Shown here piece after piece: positions 9,391-18,060 of a stretch of 64,000 nucleotides of DNA; the stretch's first letter is position 1, and each line of letters begins with the position of its first letter. Below the pieces are notes generated by a model. That model ran no database searches. It was not told the DNA's origin and saw only the letters and a program-made list of their open reading frames with translations. This DNA is from a virus (Duplodnaviria; Caudoviricetes), in IMG/VR virus record IMGVR_UViG_3300022666_000296, positions 634-64,633 of that record; one strand, 5' to 3'. The position numbers and the translations under genes are program-made.

Positions 9391-9490
9391 TTGCAGTAAT
9401 ATAGCGTTGATGCTATACTGCACTCACCATGGCGCCGGAATCGCCGTGGTCAACGCTTCGGGCTGCTCAGGCCGCGAGGCGTTTTTGTTG
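9391..9490 (+). ncRNA. Candidate small antisense RNA with its own sigma70 promoter
   Basis: TTGCAG(9391)-17-TGcTATACT(9414); hairpin CCATGGCG/CGCCGTGG; terminator hairpin CGCTTCG...CGAGGCG followed by TTTTT. Confidence 0.5.
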
Positions 9491-9500
9491 TCTGCATGAA

Positions 9501-9779
9501 TCAATCGTTGCGCATCAACACATGTGCCAGCGCTGTAGAAGCGAACAACAAGACCATTGTCAGTAGCGATAACATGCATCCTAGGGGCATCGAGCATCCA
9601 CGACGCGAATTATACGTTCCCAACGGCGTGCGTGTGCTATAGCTCACCCCACGACTACTGATATTGACACCGCCGCTACGCCCACCGATCCGATAACTTG
9701 GCTTAGTCATCTTGATACCATCGGGCGTAAACCGCAACCTGGGTTTCCGAACTGAGATCAATTTCCTGTGTCTTGCCAT
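9501..9779 (-). CDS. DUF4236-like protein with C-terminal TM helix
   Basis: Basic Gly/Ser-rich GGVNISSRGVSYSTRTPLG pattern; own promoter TTGCAG(9843)-17-TATATT(9820) on the minus strand. Confidence 0.6.
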   Translation of the reverse strand: MARHRKLISVRKPRLRFTPDGIKMTKPSYRIGGRSGGVNISSRGVSYSTRTPLGTYNSRRGCSMPLGCMLSLLTMVLLFASTALAHVLMRND

Positions 9780-9867
9780 GTCTGTCTCCCACCACATGAA
9801 ATCGAACCTCTATCAATATACAACCATTCTGCAAGATCTGCAACATTGTCCAGGCGTCTTCCACCCT

Positions 9868-9902
9868 AAAAACAGCCCTCCGGCTAATACCGGAGGGCTG
9901 TT
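9868..9902 (-). terminator. Terminator ending the late (tail) operon
   Basis: 13-bp stem AACAGCCCTCCGG/CCGGAGGGCTGTT with U-run on the minus strand. Confidence 0.8.
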
Positions 9903-9904
9903 CT

Positions 9905-9933
9905 AGTTCCGCTAATCTATTCTTAGCAGTACC
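9905..9933. repeat. dif-like site S2 AGTTCCGCTAA-TCTATTC-TTAGCAGTACC
   Basis: Between the stop of 9937-11547 and the terminator. Confidence 0.85.
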
Positions 9934-9936
9934 GAT

Positions 9937-11547
9937 TTACGGGGAATACGTCTGCATAATCATCGGTAACCAGAGCCTATATGGTAACACGGCTCCCGGC
10001 GTAGGCGCACACCCAAACCCTGCACACAACGTCGGTGTAGGATACGGCGTCTCCACCCACGGTTGTGGTGTGTAAAACGGTGTCGGTGTCGGCGTACTGG
10101 TCGGCGTAGCCGTTGGAGTGTTCGTCGGTGTCGCTGTCGGCGTTGGCGTCTCCGCGGCGATATGCACCGTCGCACTCACCGTATCGGTGATGCCACTACA
10201 ACCAGCGATCTCCACTGCCGGATAGAACGTCCCCGTCGCGGTGTACACGTGCGTCGTGGTTGAAATTCCGGTAGTATCGCTGTTACCGTCCCCAAAGTCC
10301 CAGGTGTACGTCAGTGGCTCAGATCCAAGCGCCCATGCCGTGAACGTGTCCGTTTGATTGAGATAGTCATAATCACTTTCGAGCGCCAGTGCCACCGGCA
10401 GCAAACATGCCCCGAAATGACCCAGATACACCGTCTTGACAGCGTTCGTGGTGCTCACCGTCAACGTCTCCGTGATCGCATCCCACGTCCACGCGCCTGG
10501 AACCACCGTCCACGTGCGCGTGATCAGCCCGGCTTCTGCCATATCCGTGCCCACCGTCCAAGTCATGGCGCGTGTGCCGGTCACCACGCTCCCCACCGTG
10601 TGCGTGAACGTATCCAGCGCCAACGAATCCGACCATCGCTCCGCCAATGTGTATGTGATGACCTCGGGCCCGAAACCGGAGTAATAGGGATTCACCACGA
10701 CCGCATCCACCACGGTCACCGTATCGGTATCGGTCACAATCGCGCTGTAGGCGAAGTCCAGCGCCGGGACCGTATCCGTCGCCACGCTGTTGACGTAGAG
10801 CGTCTTGTCCCACGTGTAAATCTCTGTGGGCAACGGTAGTGGCGAGAGCGGCGAGAACTGCGTCAGCGGTCCAGGAGCGAGCCAGCCCAACACCAGCCCC
10901 AACAACAAGAGCACTAAGCCCATCACTCCACTCACCGCCGTGATAATCTTGTTCCACAACGCCGGCTTTTTCGGTGGCGTCTCTGACACTGGCTGCCCGG
11001 GCAACAGCTGATATTCCAGCGCATCCTCAACCTGCTGCGCGCCGGCGCGACCGGCCCAGGCCGTATAGCGCTTGGCAGCAGCAAACGCCGCCCTCGCGGG
11101 CAAGCCCGCCTGCAGCGCCAGGCGCAACGCCAGCGCCAGCACATCCGCGCCCGCAAATCCGCCGCCATAGTTGACGCCCGGCGCGGCGATGATCGCCGCC
11201 ACTCCCGCCTCGCGGAAAGCATCCAGGAGCGTCGTGTTCTCGATACCCTTACACGCTCCGAGAAATACGACGGCGCCCCGTAGATCGCTGCGCGTGCTGA
11301 TCATCTCCGGTCGCACCACGACCCGCCCAGCGCCATCTGTGAATGCCCGCCCATCGGCACTTGGGTGTAGGAACACATACACCAGGTCATAATAGGTGCT
11401 GATGCAGCCAGGCGCCGGCGTCGTACTGGTCGGCATCGGCATGGGTATCTTGCCACTTGACGGGAAGCTCACCACGTGCGCATCGCGCCCGGCGATTCTC
11501 TGCGCCGTCGCTTCAAACTCCTGCAACGTCCAGGCCAATATCTTCAT
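9937..11547 (-). CDS. Transmembrane protein: N-terminal CHAT/caspase-like domain, TM helix, extracellular PKD domain, PT linker, C-terminal LWLPMI motif
   Basis: DLVYVFLH...VFLGACKG His/Cys pattern; LTYTWDFGDG...THVYTATGTF PKD signature. Confidence 0.65.
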   Translation of the reverse strand: MKILAWTLQEFEATAQRIAGRDAHVVSFPSSGKIPMPMPTSTTPAPGCISTYYDLVYVFLHPSADGRAFTDGAGRVVVRPEMISTRSDLRGAVVFLGACKGIENTTLLDAFREAGVAAIIAAPGVNYGGGFAGADVLALALRLALQAGLPARAAFAAAKRYTAWAGRAGAQQVEDALEYQLLPGQPVSETPPKKPALWNKIITAVSGVMGLVLLLLGLVLGWLAPGPLTQFSPLSPLPLPTEIYTWDKTLYVNSVATDTVPALDFAYSAIVTDTDTVTVVDAVVVNPYYSGFGPEVITYTLAERWSDSLALDTFTHTVGSVVTGTRAMTWTVGTDMAEAGLITRTWTVVPGAWTWDAITETLTVSTTNAVKTVYLGHFGACLLPVALALESDYDYLNQTDTFTAWALGSEPLTYTWDFGDGNSDTTGISTTTHVYTATGTFYPAVEIAGCSGITDTVSATVHIAAETPTPTATPTNTPTATPTSTPTPTPFYTPQPWVETPYPTPTLCAGFGCAPTPGAVLPYRLWLPMIMQTYSP

Positions 11548-11557
11548 ATGTCACCCC

Positions 11558-11995
11558 TTACATCACCCAGACCAAAGGTCCGTAACCGAAAACCGCCTGC
11601 GGCGGTGTCTCTGTTACATGTCCATCCCACACAAATTCTACATAGCCCAATAACTCCGCTATCGAGGGTATGTCCGGAGTTTGTGCCGCTGGAGCATTAC
11701 CAGTGTATTCCACATAGCCCAGAACCTCAGCCACGTTTCTGCGCAGAAGTCCGGGCTCAGAGATGTACTCAACGTAACCTAGAGCATCGGCCACATTGCG
11801 TCTCTGATCGCCCGGCTCGCTGATGTATTCCACATACGCCATTAGCTCAGATAGCGAAGGTATATCTGGTGTTGCGGCACTAGGAGCGTTACCGACATAC
11901 TCAACGTAGCCAAGTATCTCGGCTACGGCCTTATTGGCCGAGTCAAGTACATACTCGATATACCCTAGAATCTCGGCTATGTTGTGCCAACTCAT
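11558..11995 (-). CDS. Tail-associated protein made of six xAExLGYVEY repeats
   Basis: Six copies of the repeat visible in the translation; coupled to the upstream tail gene. Confidence 0.7.
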   Translation of the reverse strand: MSWHNIAEILGYIEYVLDSANKAVAEILGYVEYVGNAPSAATPDIPSLSELMAYVEYISEPGDQRRNVADALGYVEYISEPGLLRRNVAEVLGYVEYTGNAPAAQTPDIPSIAELLGYVEFVWDGHVTETPPQAVFGYGPLVWVM

Positions 11996-13062
11996 GAGGA
12001 TACGCCTATCTCCAAGGTGGCTAAATCAGCTTCTTCCCAAGCTGCATTATCGGCAGGATTCACAGCCCAGGCATATTCAAAGTTCTTCCAGTTAGTCGTC
12101 AGCGTTTGATCGGAGCTAATACTATTTGTACCATTGCTGCGTACCATTGGTGCAATTACACCGGCACCGGATTCAACCCGTGCCCTGGCTGTAACCACAA
12201 TATTCGTAATCACAGCTCCTACCGGAAGATCAGGAACTTCAGCTGCGGCTGTTACCAGCTGATCAGCGCTGGCAGTCTGTAGCTGATGCACACCAAAACC
12301 ACCACCAGTCATTTGTGCAGCATCATCGCCTAAATCTAGCCCGGCACGACTCCATTGTGCATACTCTCCTTCTGAGCGCCCACGAATGGGCAGCAGACGC
12401 ACCATCCCGGGCCAGCTGTTGTTGCTGGCACCAGAAGCGTCGTTGCACACAATATCATCAAATAACGTTGGCCTTACAGCAATCGAGGTAACTGTAACTC
12501 CAGAGAAATCAAACGCATTGATGAATTCCTCTTCTTGAGTAGTGTCTCCGCTATATGTCGCCACCTCAACACCATCGACCTTAACCGTAGTAATACCACC
12601 AGAGTTGCGTGGCTTGTGATAGAACTCAATGTAATGCCAGGTATTAGCAGCTATTACACCAGCAGCAGACTGGGCTAAAAGAGTACTGTTGTACCTGACA
12701 ATGCTAATTCGACCATCTGCGGTTAATGAAAGGCTTACAAAGTTAGTATAAACTCCGGGATCATCATTTCTGGAATAGAAAAATGGACTCGCGGACAAGC
12801 TTGGAACATTGATTGCAAATCCCCAATACAGTTCAGTATACGTGGTAACGCTACCAAAATCTTTACGAAGAATCTGGTTTTCGTCCAAGGCATACATACC
12901 TCTTCCAGTGCGTGGAGTGTGCGTGCCATGCAAGCCATCGCTAACCGCCCCCTGTAATAATACAGAAGCTTGTCCCTGTGATGCCGTTAGCGTGTTATCA
13001 ATGTAATCCCAAGCGGCACGCGGTTCAGCACCCTCTGCGCCATCAGTTAAAATTCTGACCAT
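11992..13062 (-). CDS. Tail/receptor-binding protein with ConA-like (LamG) beta-sandwich
   Basis: NTWHYIEFY...TTVKVDGVEV...LFDDIV pattern; AGGAG RBS before ATG 13062. Confidence 0.6.
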   Translation of the reverse strand: MVRILTDGAEGAEPRAAWDYIDNTLTASQGQASVLLQGAVSDGLHGTHTPRTGRGMYALDENQILRKDFGSVTTYTELYWGFAINVPSLSASPFFYSRNDDPGVYTNFVSLSLTADGRISIVRYNSTLLAQSAAGVIAANTWHYIEFYHKPRNSGGITTVKVDGVEVATYSGDTTQEEEFINAFDFSGVTVTSIAVRPTLFDDIVCNDASGASNNSWPGMVRLLPIRGRSEGEYAQWSRAGLDLGDDAAQMTGGGFGVHQLQTASADQLVTAAAEVPDLPVGAVITNIVVTARARVESGAGVIAPMVRSNGTNSISSDQTLTTNWKNFEYAWAVNPADNAAWEEADLATLEIGVSS

Positions 13063-13072
13063 TGTATCGCTC

Positions 13073-16000
13073 CTAACTATGAATGATATGGACCACCAGA
13101 TCTGACCCGGCGACAGTCGAGCCGATCTGGTCAATGTGGACCGTCAGGTATGAACCTGCCGTCCAGGTAGCCACGTCGATGCTCGTGGTCTCGCCCGTGG
13201 CATTCCCCGCCGTGACCGCAGGACGGTTGCCCTGGTCGGTGAAGATCGTGGTGCCATCCTGATGCACATCCACGATCACACTCGCGCCAGTCGGCGCGGT
13301 TCCCACCGCCAGGAACACTTTGCTGATAGTCTGTGCCACCCCAAACTGATTGTAGATGCGGAGCGGATTGTCGGTGACCGTCAGGACGCCGGCAAACGTC
13401 AGCACCGTTTGCCGCACCACGGCTGGCAGATCATAGAACCCCACATTTCCGGAGCCATCTGTACCGTAGTATTTCGAGTTTCCGGCTGCAGCTGCGCCCT
13501 CTACCGCTGCTGCCTCATCCACGACCCCGTCATCATCCACGTCATAGGTCGCCTTAGTCATATCGCCTACGGGCAACGTCAGAGCATCAAGTGTCTCCAA
13601 TGCCGCCTGTACGGTGCTGTCGGCTGCGCTCAATAGCCCATCGAAATTGGTCGTATCCGCTGCGATCGCGCTGGCCGGATGGGAGCTTGCAGCGTCGCGG
13701 TTGGTCAGATTCGTGTGGCTTGCCGGCGTGTAGGAACTGCCTGGACCTGTGGACACCTCGCGGAAGTCCATGGCCTCCACGTAGGTGGCGCTGCCGCCGC
13801 TGCGCTGGTAGATCACGCGATAGAGCAGTTTCCACTCTTTCGTCACCTGTCCCGGCGTTGCTGGCAAGGAATCGTTGCGGGCTGCCGCAACCGTGGTGTA
13901 CTGCGCCTGCCCGACCACGATGTAAATCGGATAGTCCACATCGTTCGTGCAGTACACATACGCACAGAAGTACCGGTTGGCATCCACATCCGTGAGCGTG
14001 CCCGCGTTATCGTACTGCGGCGCTGGCGTTCCTCCGAGTTTCCACGGGCAGGTGATACCGCTCTCGAAGCGCATCGCCGTCGCCCCACTGTTGCGATACC
14101 ACAACCGGCACGCGGTCAGCGTGCCCCCAGTATCTTCCAGCAAGTCCTCATCGTAGATCGAGCCTTGGGCAATACTGAACGTCGTGTTGCCAAATGTCCC
14201 CGCCAGCCCTGACCCGTAGCGAGCCCCAATCGTCACATGCGCCCAGGCGTGCCAGGCGCGATTCCGGCGGTAACCATGTCGTTCGTCCAGAATCGCATAC
14301 GTCGCGCCATCCTTGTACACAATCGCCGTCAGCACATTGGCCGAGTAGATGTCCCACAGTGTCGTTGCCGCCTGCAACACCCCATCGCTATCGAAGTACA
14401 CGTAGTGCTGCGTCAGGTCGTTAGTGATCTCGATGCTTTCTGCGGCATCCTTGACCATGCGTTTCCCGTCACTGTAGATAACATACTCGTCTACCGCCGG
14501 CGCGATCTCGAAGTAGTTGCCATCCATGCCGATGACACTATCCTCGCGATTCACATAACCATTGCTCGAATTTGCAGCGCGCCAGGCCACATCCGTGCCA
14601 TCGCTGCCTGCGAACTCTCCTGCGGCACCCAGCTCCAACCGGGTCCAGGCAGGCGTCTCCCCCTGTGCAGTTAGCATATCCCCACGCGCGACCGGAGCCG
14701 GCATTTCCTCCGGCACATCGTGAAAGCCCGGGGTTCCACTGCCATCCGTCCCGTAATACTTGCTGTTCCCCGCTGCGGTGATGCCTTCGACAGCTGCTGC
14801 TTCATCTACGACCCCATCATCATCGGTATCGTAGCTTGCTTTCAACATATCCCCGGCTCCGGCTGCCGTTGGGACCCACTTGCCGGCATCAGCATCCCAC
14901 GCCAACACTTCACCAGCGCCAGGAGTATCTGCATCTACATCGGTCAGCTCATCCAACGCCAGCGCCAGGTCACTGGCTCCCAACGCCCTGAACGTCGGCG
15001 TTGCTGCCACACCGCTTGCAGGTCCCGCATAGACCGTGTTGGCTGCTTGCGCATCCACCCCGAGCTGCTGCCCGCTGAGACTGAGCAGCGTGTCTGCCGC
15101 CGTGCTCAACGTCACCGCGGCGTGATGGGGGCTACCATCCCCAAGCGCCGTGTGTTCACCCGGCGTCAACACCTCCGCCAGCGTGAGCACCTGCCCGGAG
15201 AGTGTCAACTCCGCCGCGCTGCCAGCCCCCAGGGTCACTGGGTCGTGGTCCTCTCCGGTCGTCCCACCTCCAGTTCCACCACTGGCGCTCCTTGCAGTAC
15301 TCTCTACCGCCTCCTGTTCCTGCTTGCGCCGCTTCTCCATCGCCGCCAGCAGTACTTCCAAACGGCTATCCGCGCCACGCGGGCGCAATACCACCTTCCT
15401 CGCATCTACCTGCACTTCCTGCACTTGGATAGTAATCTGTCGGTCCGGCACCAGGTCATGCAAGACCACCACATCCCCGGCGCGCACCAGCGCTGCAGGC
15501 CAACGACTGCCATCAGGCTTGGCAATCACTGAGGTAGAGCTCAGGCGGATACCCGGCTGCGGCTCCGCATTTTCTGCTAGATAGATTTGCGTCAACGTCA
15601 GCGCCTCGGCTTGTGAGGTCTGTGGCAGACGGATGGTTTTTTCCCGTCGCCCATATAACGCAATGCTATCGTCATCCGTCAACCAGGCTGTGCGCCAACC
15701 GTCAGGCATCTCCCCGCGCACCGCATTCCACACATCCTGTCGTCGCCAGCTCAGCGCCCAACTATCCAGGTGCTGCCGTTCCAGACACCAGTCGGCGTCA
15801 TCCGACCACGGGCGAAATTCTGCCACCCCGTCATAGATTGTGAACAACCAGGTGGCGCTACCGTCACCCAACCCGGTCAGTTCCTCAAGCGCCTCCAGAT
15901 ACGTCGCCTGTTGGTAGACAGCGCGATCTACCAGCACGCCGCCAGAAACGACCTCCTGCTGCGTGATCCCGGCAGCCGTGAGCAATGCAGCAGCGATCGT

Positions 16001-16714
16001 GTCCGTGCTAGCGGGGTTCAGCGTCCGCACGGCCACCGCCGTCAGCCGGAACTCAGCCTCGCCGCTAGCGGTGCCATCTTTTCGCAACAACACCGTCAGG
16101 ACTGTGGTATCCACAGTCAGGTCCACGTCTACCGTCGTATCAGTAGTGGCAGTCCACAACACCGTACCATCGGCTGCCTGAATCTCAGCCACCCAGCTTC
16201 CGCTGGTAATCGTCAGCACAATATGCGCTTCCAACTGCACGATGTTACTCGGACCCAACTCGATGACTGATTCCGGGTAAGTAACACTAACCTCATCCCC
16301 ATCGGTGAAGTCGCCATTGCCTGCCACGTAGACCCGGTTGTTATTGTCTGCACTCATCCCCTCTGGGGGATCACTCTCCGGATTCCAGTTAGCGTAATCC
16401 ACATCGCTGAAGATTTGCCACAGCTCCAAATCAACCAGGGCCCGTGGCAACCCCAACGCCGTCAGCGTCAATATGGTGTCACCAAGCTGCGGCTCTTCTA
16501 GTTCTCCACGCCAAACGCGTTCGCCGGCAGTGAAGAATTCCAGCGTTCCTCCCGGCCAGCCATCCACCAGCCGCCATAATTCGCGCCGGGGAGCGTCCAG
16601 CGTCACCGCGGCGCTCCACCATCCTCCGGGCGTCCGGCTATCGAAGCGCCAGGTGCTGGCCTGCTCAGTAACCTCCAACCGCCCCGTTAATTCAGTCTCG
16701 ACGAAGATTTGCAT
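13073..16714 (-). CDS. Central tail fibre/minor tail (Tal-like) protein, 1213 aa
   Basis: Follows the Dit-like gene; tail hub-like N-terminus; two GDMxKAxYDxDDDGVVD repeats; fibre-like C-terminus. Confidence 0.8.
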   Translation of the reverse strand: MQIFVETELTGRLEVTEQASTWRFDSRTPGGWWSAAVTLDAPRRELWRLVDGWPGGTLEFFTAGERVWRGELEEPQLGDTILTLTALGLPRALVDLELWQIFSDVDYANWNPESDPPEGMSADNNNRVYVAGNGDFTDGDEVSVTYPESVIELGPSNIVQLEAHIVLTITSGSWVAEIQAADGTVLWTATTDTTVDVDLTVDTTVLTVLLRKDGTASGEAEFRLTAVAVRTLNPASTDTIAAALLTAAGITQQEVVSGGVLVDRAVYQQATYLEALEELTGLGDGSATWLFTIYDGVAEFRPWSDDADWCLERQHLDSWALSWRRQDVWNAVRGEMPDGWRTAWLTDDDSIALYGRREKTIRLPQTSQAEALTLTQIYLAENAEPQPGIRLSSTSVIAKPDGSRWPAALVRAGDVVVLHDLVPDRQITIQVQEVQVDARKVVLRPRGADSRLEVLLAAMEKRRKQEQEAVESTARSASGGTGGGTTGEDHDPVTLGAGSAAELTLSGQVLTLAEVLTPGEHTALGDGSPHHAAVTLSTAADTLLSLSGQQLGVDAQAANTVYAGPASGVAATPTFRALGASDLALALDELTDVDADTPGAGEVLAWDADAGKWVPTAAGAGDMLKASYDTDDDGVVDEAAAVEGITAAGNSKYYGTDGSGTPGFHDVPEEMPAPVARGDMLTAQGETPAWTRLELGAAGEFAGSDGTDVAWRAANSSNGYVNREDSVIGMDGNYFEIAPAVDEYVIYSDGKRMVKDAAESIEITNDLTQHYVYFDSDGVLQAATTLWDIYSANVLTAIVYKDGATYAILDERHGYRRNRAWHAWAHVTIGARYGSGLAGTFGNTTFSIAQGSIYDEDLLEDTGGTLTACRLWYRNSGATAMRFESGITCPWKLGGTPAPQYDNAGTLTDVDANRYFCAYVYCTNDVDYPIYIVVGQAQYTTVAAARNDSLPATPGQVTKEWKLLYRVIYQRSGGSATYVEAMDFREVSTGPGSSYTPASHTNLTNRDAASSHPASAIAADTTNFDGLLSAADSTVQAALETLDALTLPVGDMTKATYDVDDDGVVDEAAAVEGAAAAGNSKYYGTDGSGNVGFYDLPAVVRQTVLTFAGVLTVTDNPLRIYNQFGVAQTISKVFLAVGTAPTGASVIVDVHQDGTTIFTDQGNRPAVTAGNATGETTSIDVATWTAGSYLTVHIDQIGSTVAGSDLVVHIIHS

Positions 16715-16743
16715 AGTGCTGCTAACAACCCCTTAACGGCAGT
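16715..16743. repeat. dif-like site S3 AGTGCTGCTAA-CAACCCC-TTAACGGCAGT
   Basis: Fills almost the whole 32-nt gap between two tail genes. Confidence 0.85.
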
Positions 16744-16746
16744 GAT

Positions 16747-18060
16747 TCACGCATCCGGTAGCACATTCCAACGAGGGACCGCCAGAATCTGCACCTGCGC
16801 GGTCCGCTCCGCCTCGGCCACACCTGTGTCCGATTCCAGACCAAACGTGATGATCTGTTGCTTGCTAGAGGGCAACATCTCCTCCGGTAACAGCTGAATA
16901 CGCCCACCATAGCCGTCCAGAATCGGCAACCGTTGGGCATCATAGTCGTACACCAGCTCATCACGAATCCCATCATCCTCGATGCACGTCCCCGGCAGCG
17001 CGTTGTACCCCTGAAAGCGCAAACGGCGATACTGCTCCATTGGGATGAAATGTACGAAATCGAGCCAACCATTGCTGCCATCCTCACTCTCTACCCACAC
17101 CTTGAACGGATAGCGCAGCGGGTGTGTATACCCACCTGGTGGCAATACCACCATTCCCAGGTCAGTCCAACCGTTTACACCTTCCGCCCAGCGGCCAATC
17201 TGCATTCGAGTCAACTCGTATCCCACCGCCACACGCCAGCGATCGCCGGCGAGTTGTCCGTTTGCCAGTACCCGGAACGGTCCCACAAAATCCCGGTTAC
17301 TGGCATACTCCACTTCCCATCTGAAGGTGCTGCCCTCAGCCTGATAGGTATTGCTGAACTGCGTGCCGTATTGCTGCGTCACGCCTATCTCACTGTTCTC
17401 CGCTTCTAGCACCAGGTTGATCGGGCGATCGTACCACCCCATGCGCACCTCTGCCAATCTGCCAGTGGCGTAATTGTTCGAGATGCGGATCCGCGTCAAC
17501 GCTGGCACATTCCCCACTGGGGCTTCAACCAGCACGAAGTTGTTGTAACCTGGTCGGCCATCATCGCAGTTATAGATCGTCGCGAAGTCGCCCCAGGCTT
17601 CGTCGAAAAACGTCCGCACCTGCAGCAACCCCTCCGGTCCCCGCCAGTACGGCTCGCGCGTCCACTGCACCATCGCCGTGCGCGCATTCCCATTGGGCTG
17701 CGCCGTGCCGCCATAGAGAGTCGCCTCATACCAGTGCGCATTTCGGTCCTGATTCCGCATCTGCAGCACCATCCGCATATCGCGGCGTCCCGAAAGCGCC
17801 CACCGGCGCGCCGTCTCCAGCGCCGCATTGAATTGCCGGAGCCCATCCATCGGTCGCGCATACCACAGCGTAGCGGTTTCGTCAACGTTATCCACCTCTG
17901 CCGCGATCGGCAAAGCGCCTTCCCCTGCTCCGCGTGTGGTCGTCACCCTCACCGGAGCAGCTTGTGGAGCAAACTCCACCCAGTTTGCCGTGACCTCAGC
18001 AACCGTCGTCACATCGCTGCTGCCGTAAGCTTCTACCTGCGCCAGTCGCAACTCATACAT
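16747..18060 (-). CDS. Distal tail (Dit)-like protein with inserted carbohydrate-binding-like domain
   Basis: Immediately after the tape measure gene; beta-rich; position-based call. Confidence 0.6.
   Translation of the reverse strand: MYELRLAQVEAYGSSDVTTVAEVTANWVEFAPQAAPVRVTTTRGAGEGALPIAAEVDNVDETATLWYARPMDGLRQFNAALETARRWALSGRRDMRMVLQMRNQDRNAHWYEATLYGGTAQPNGNARTAMVQWTREPYWRGPEGLLQVRTFFDEAWGDFATIYNCDDGRPGYNNFVLVEAPVGNVPALTRIRISNNYATGRLAEVRMGWYDRPINLVLEAENSEIGVTQQYGTQFSNTYQAEGSTFRWEVEYASNRDFVGPFRVLANGQLAGDRWRVAVGYELTRMQIGRWAEGVNGWTDLGMVVLPPGGYTHPLRYPFKVWVESEDGSNGWLDFVHFIPMEQYRRLRFQGYNALPGTCIEDDGIRDELVYDYDAQRLPILDGYGGRIQLLPEEMLPSSKQQIITFGLESDTGVAEAERTAQVQILAVPRWNVLPDA

Noticed and set aside
12630-12650. 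Extra copies of the site at 12644 and 47942; half-sites at 19961, 47354 and 50060
   Set aside because: Only one arm matches and there is no partner arm at 6-7 bp, which is compatible with chance.
13424-14853. Diversity-generating retroelement TR/VR pair
   Set aside because: No reverse transcriptase is present, both copies are in frame in one gene, and the differences are not adenine-restricted.
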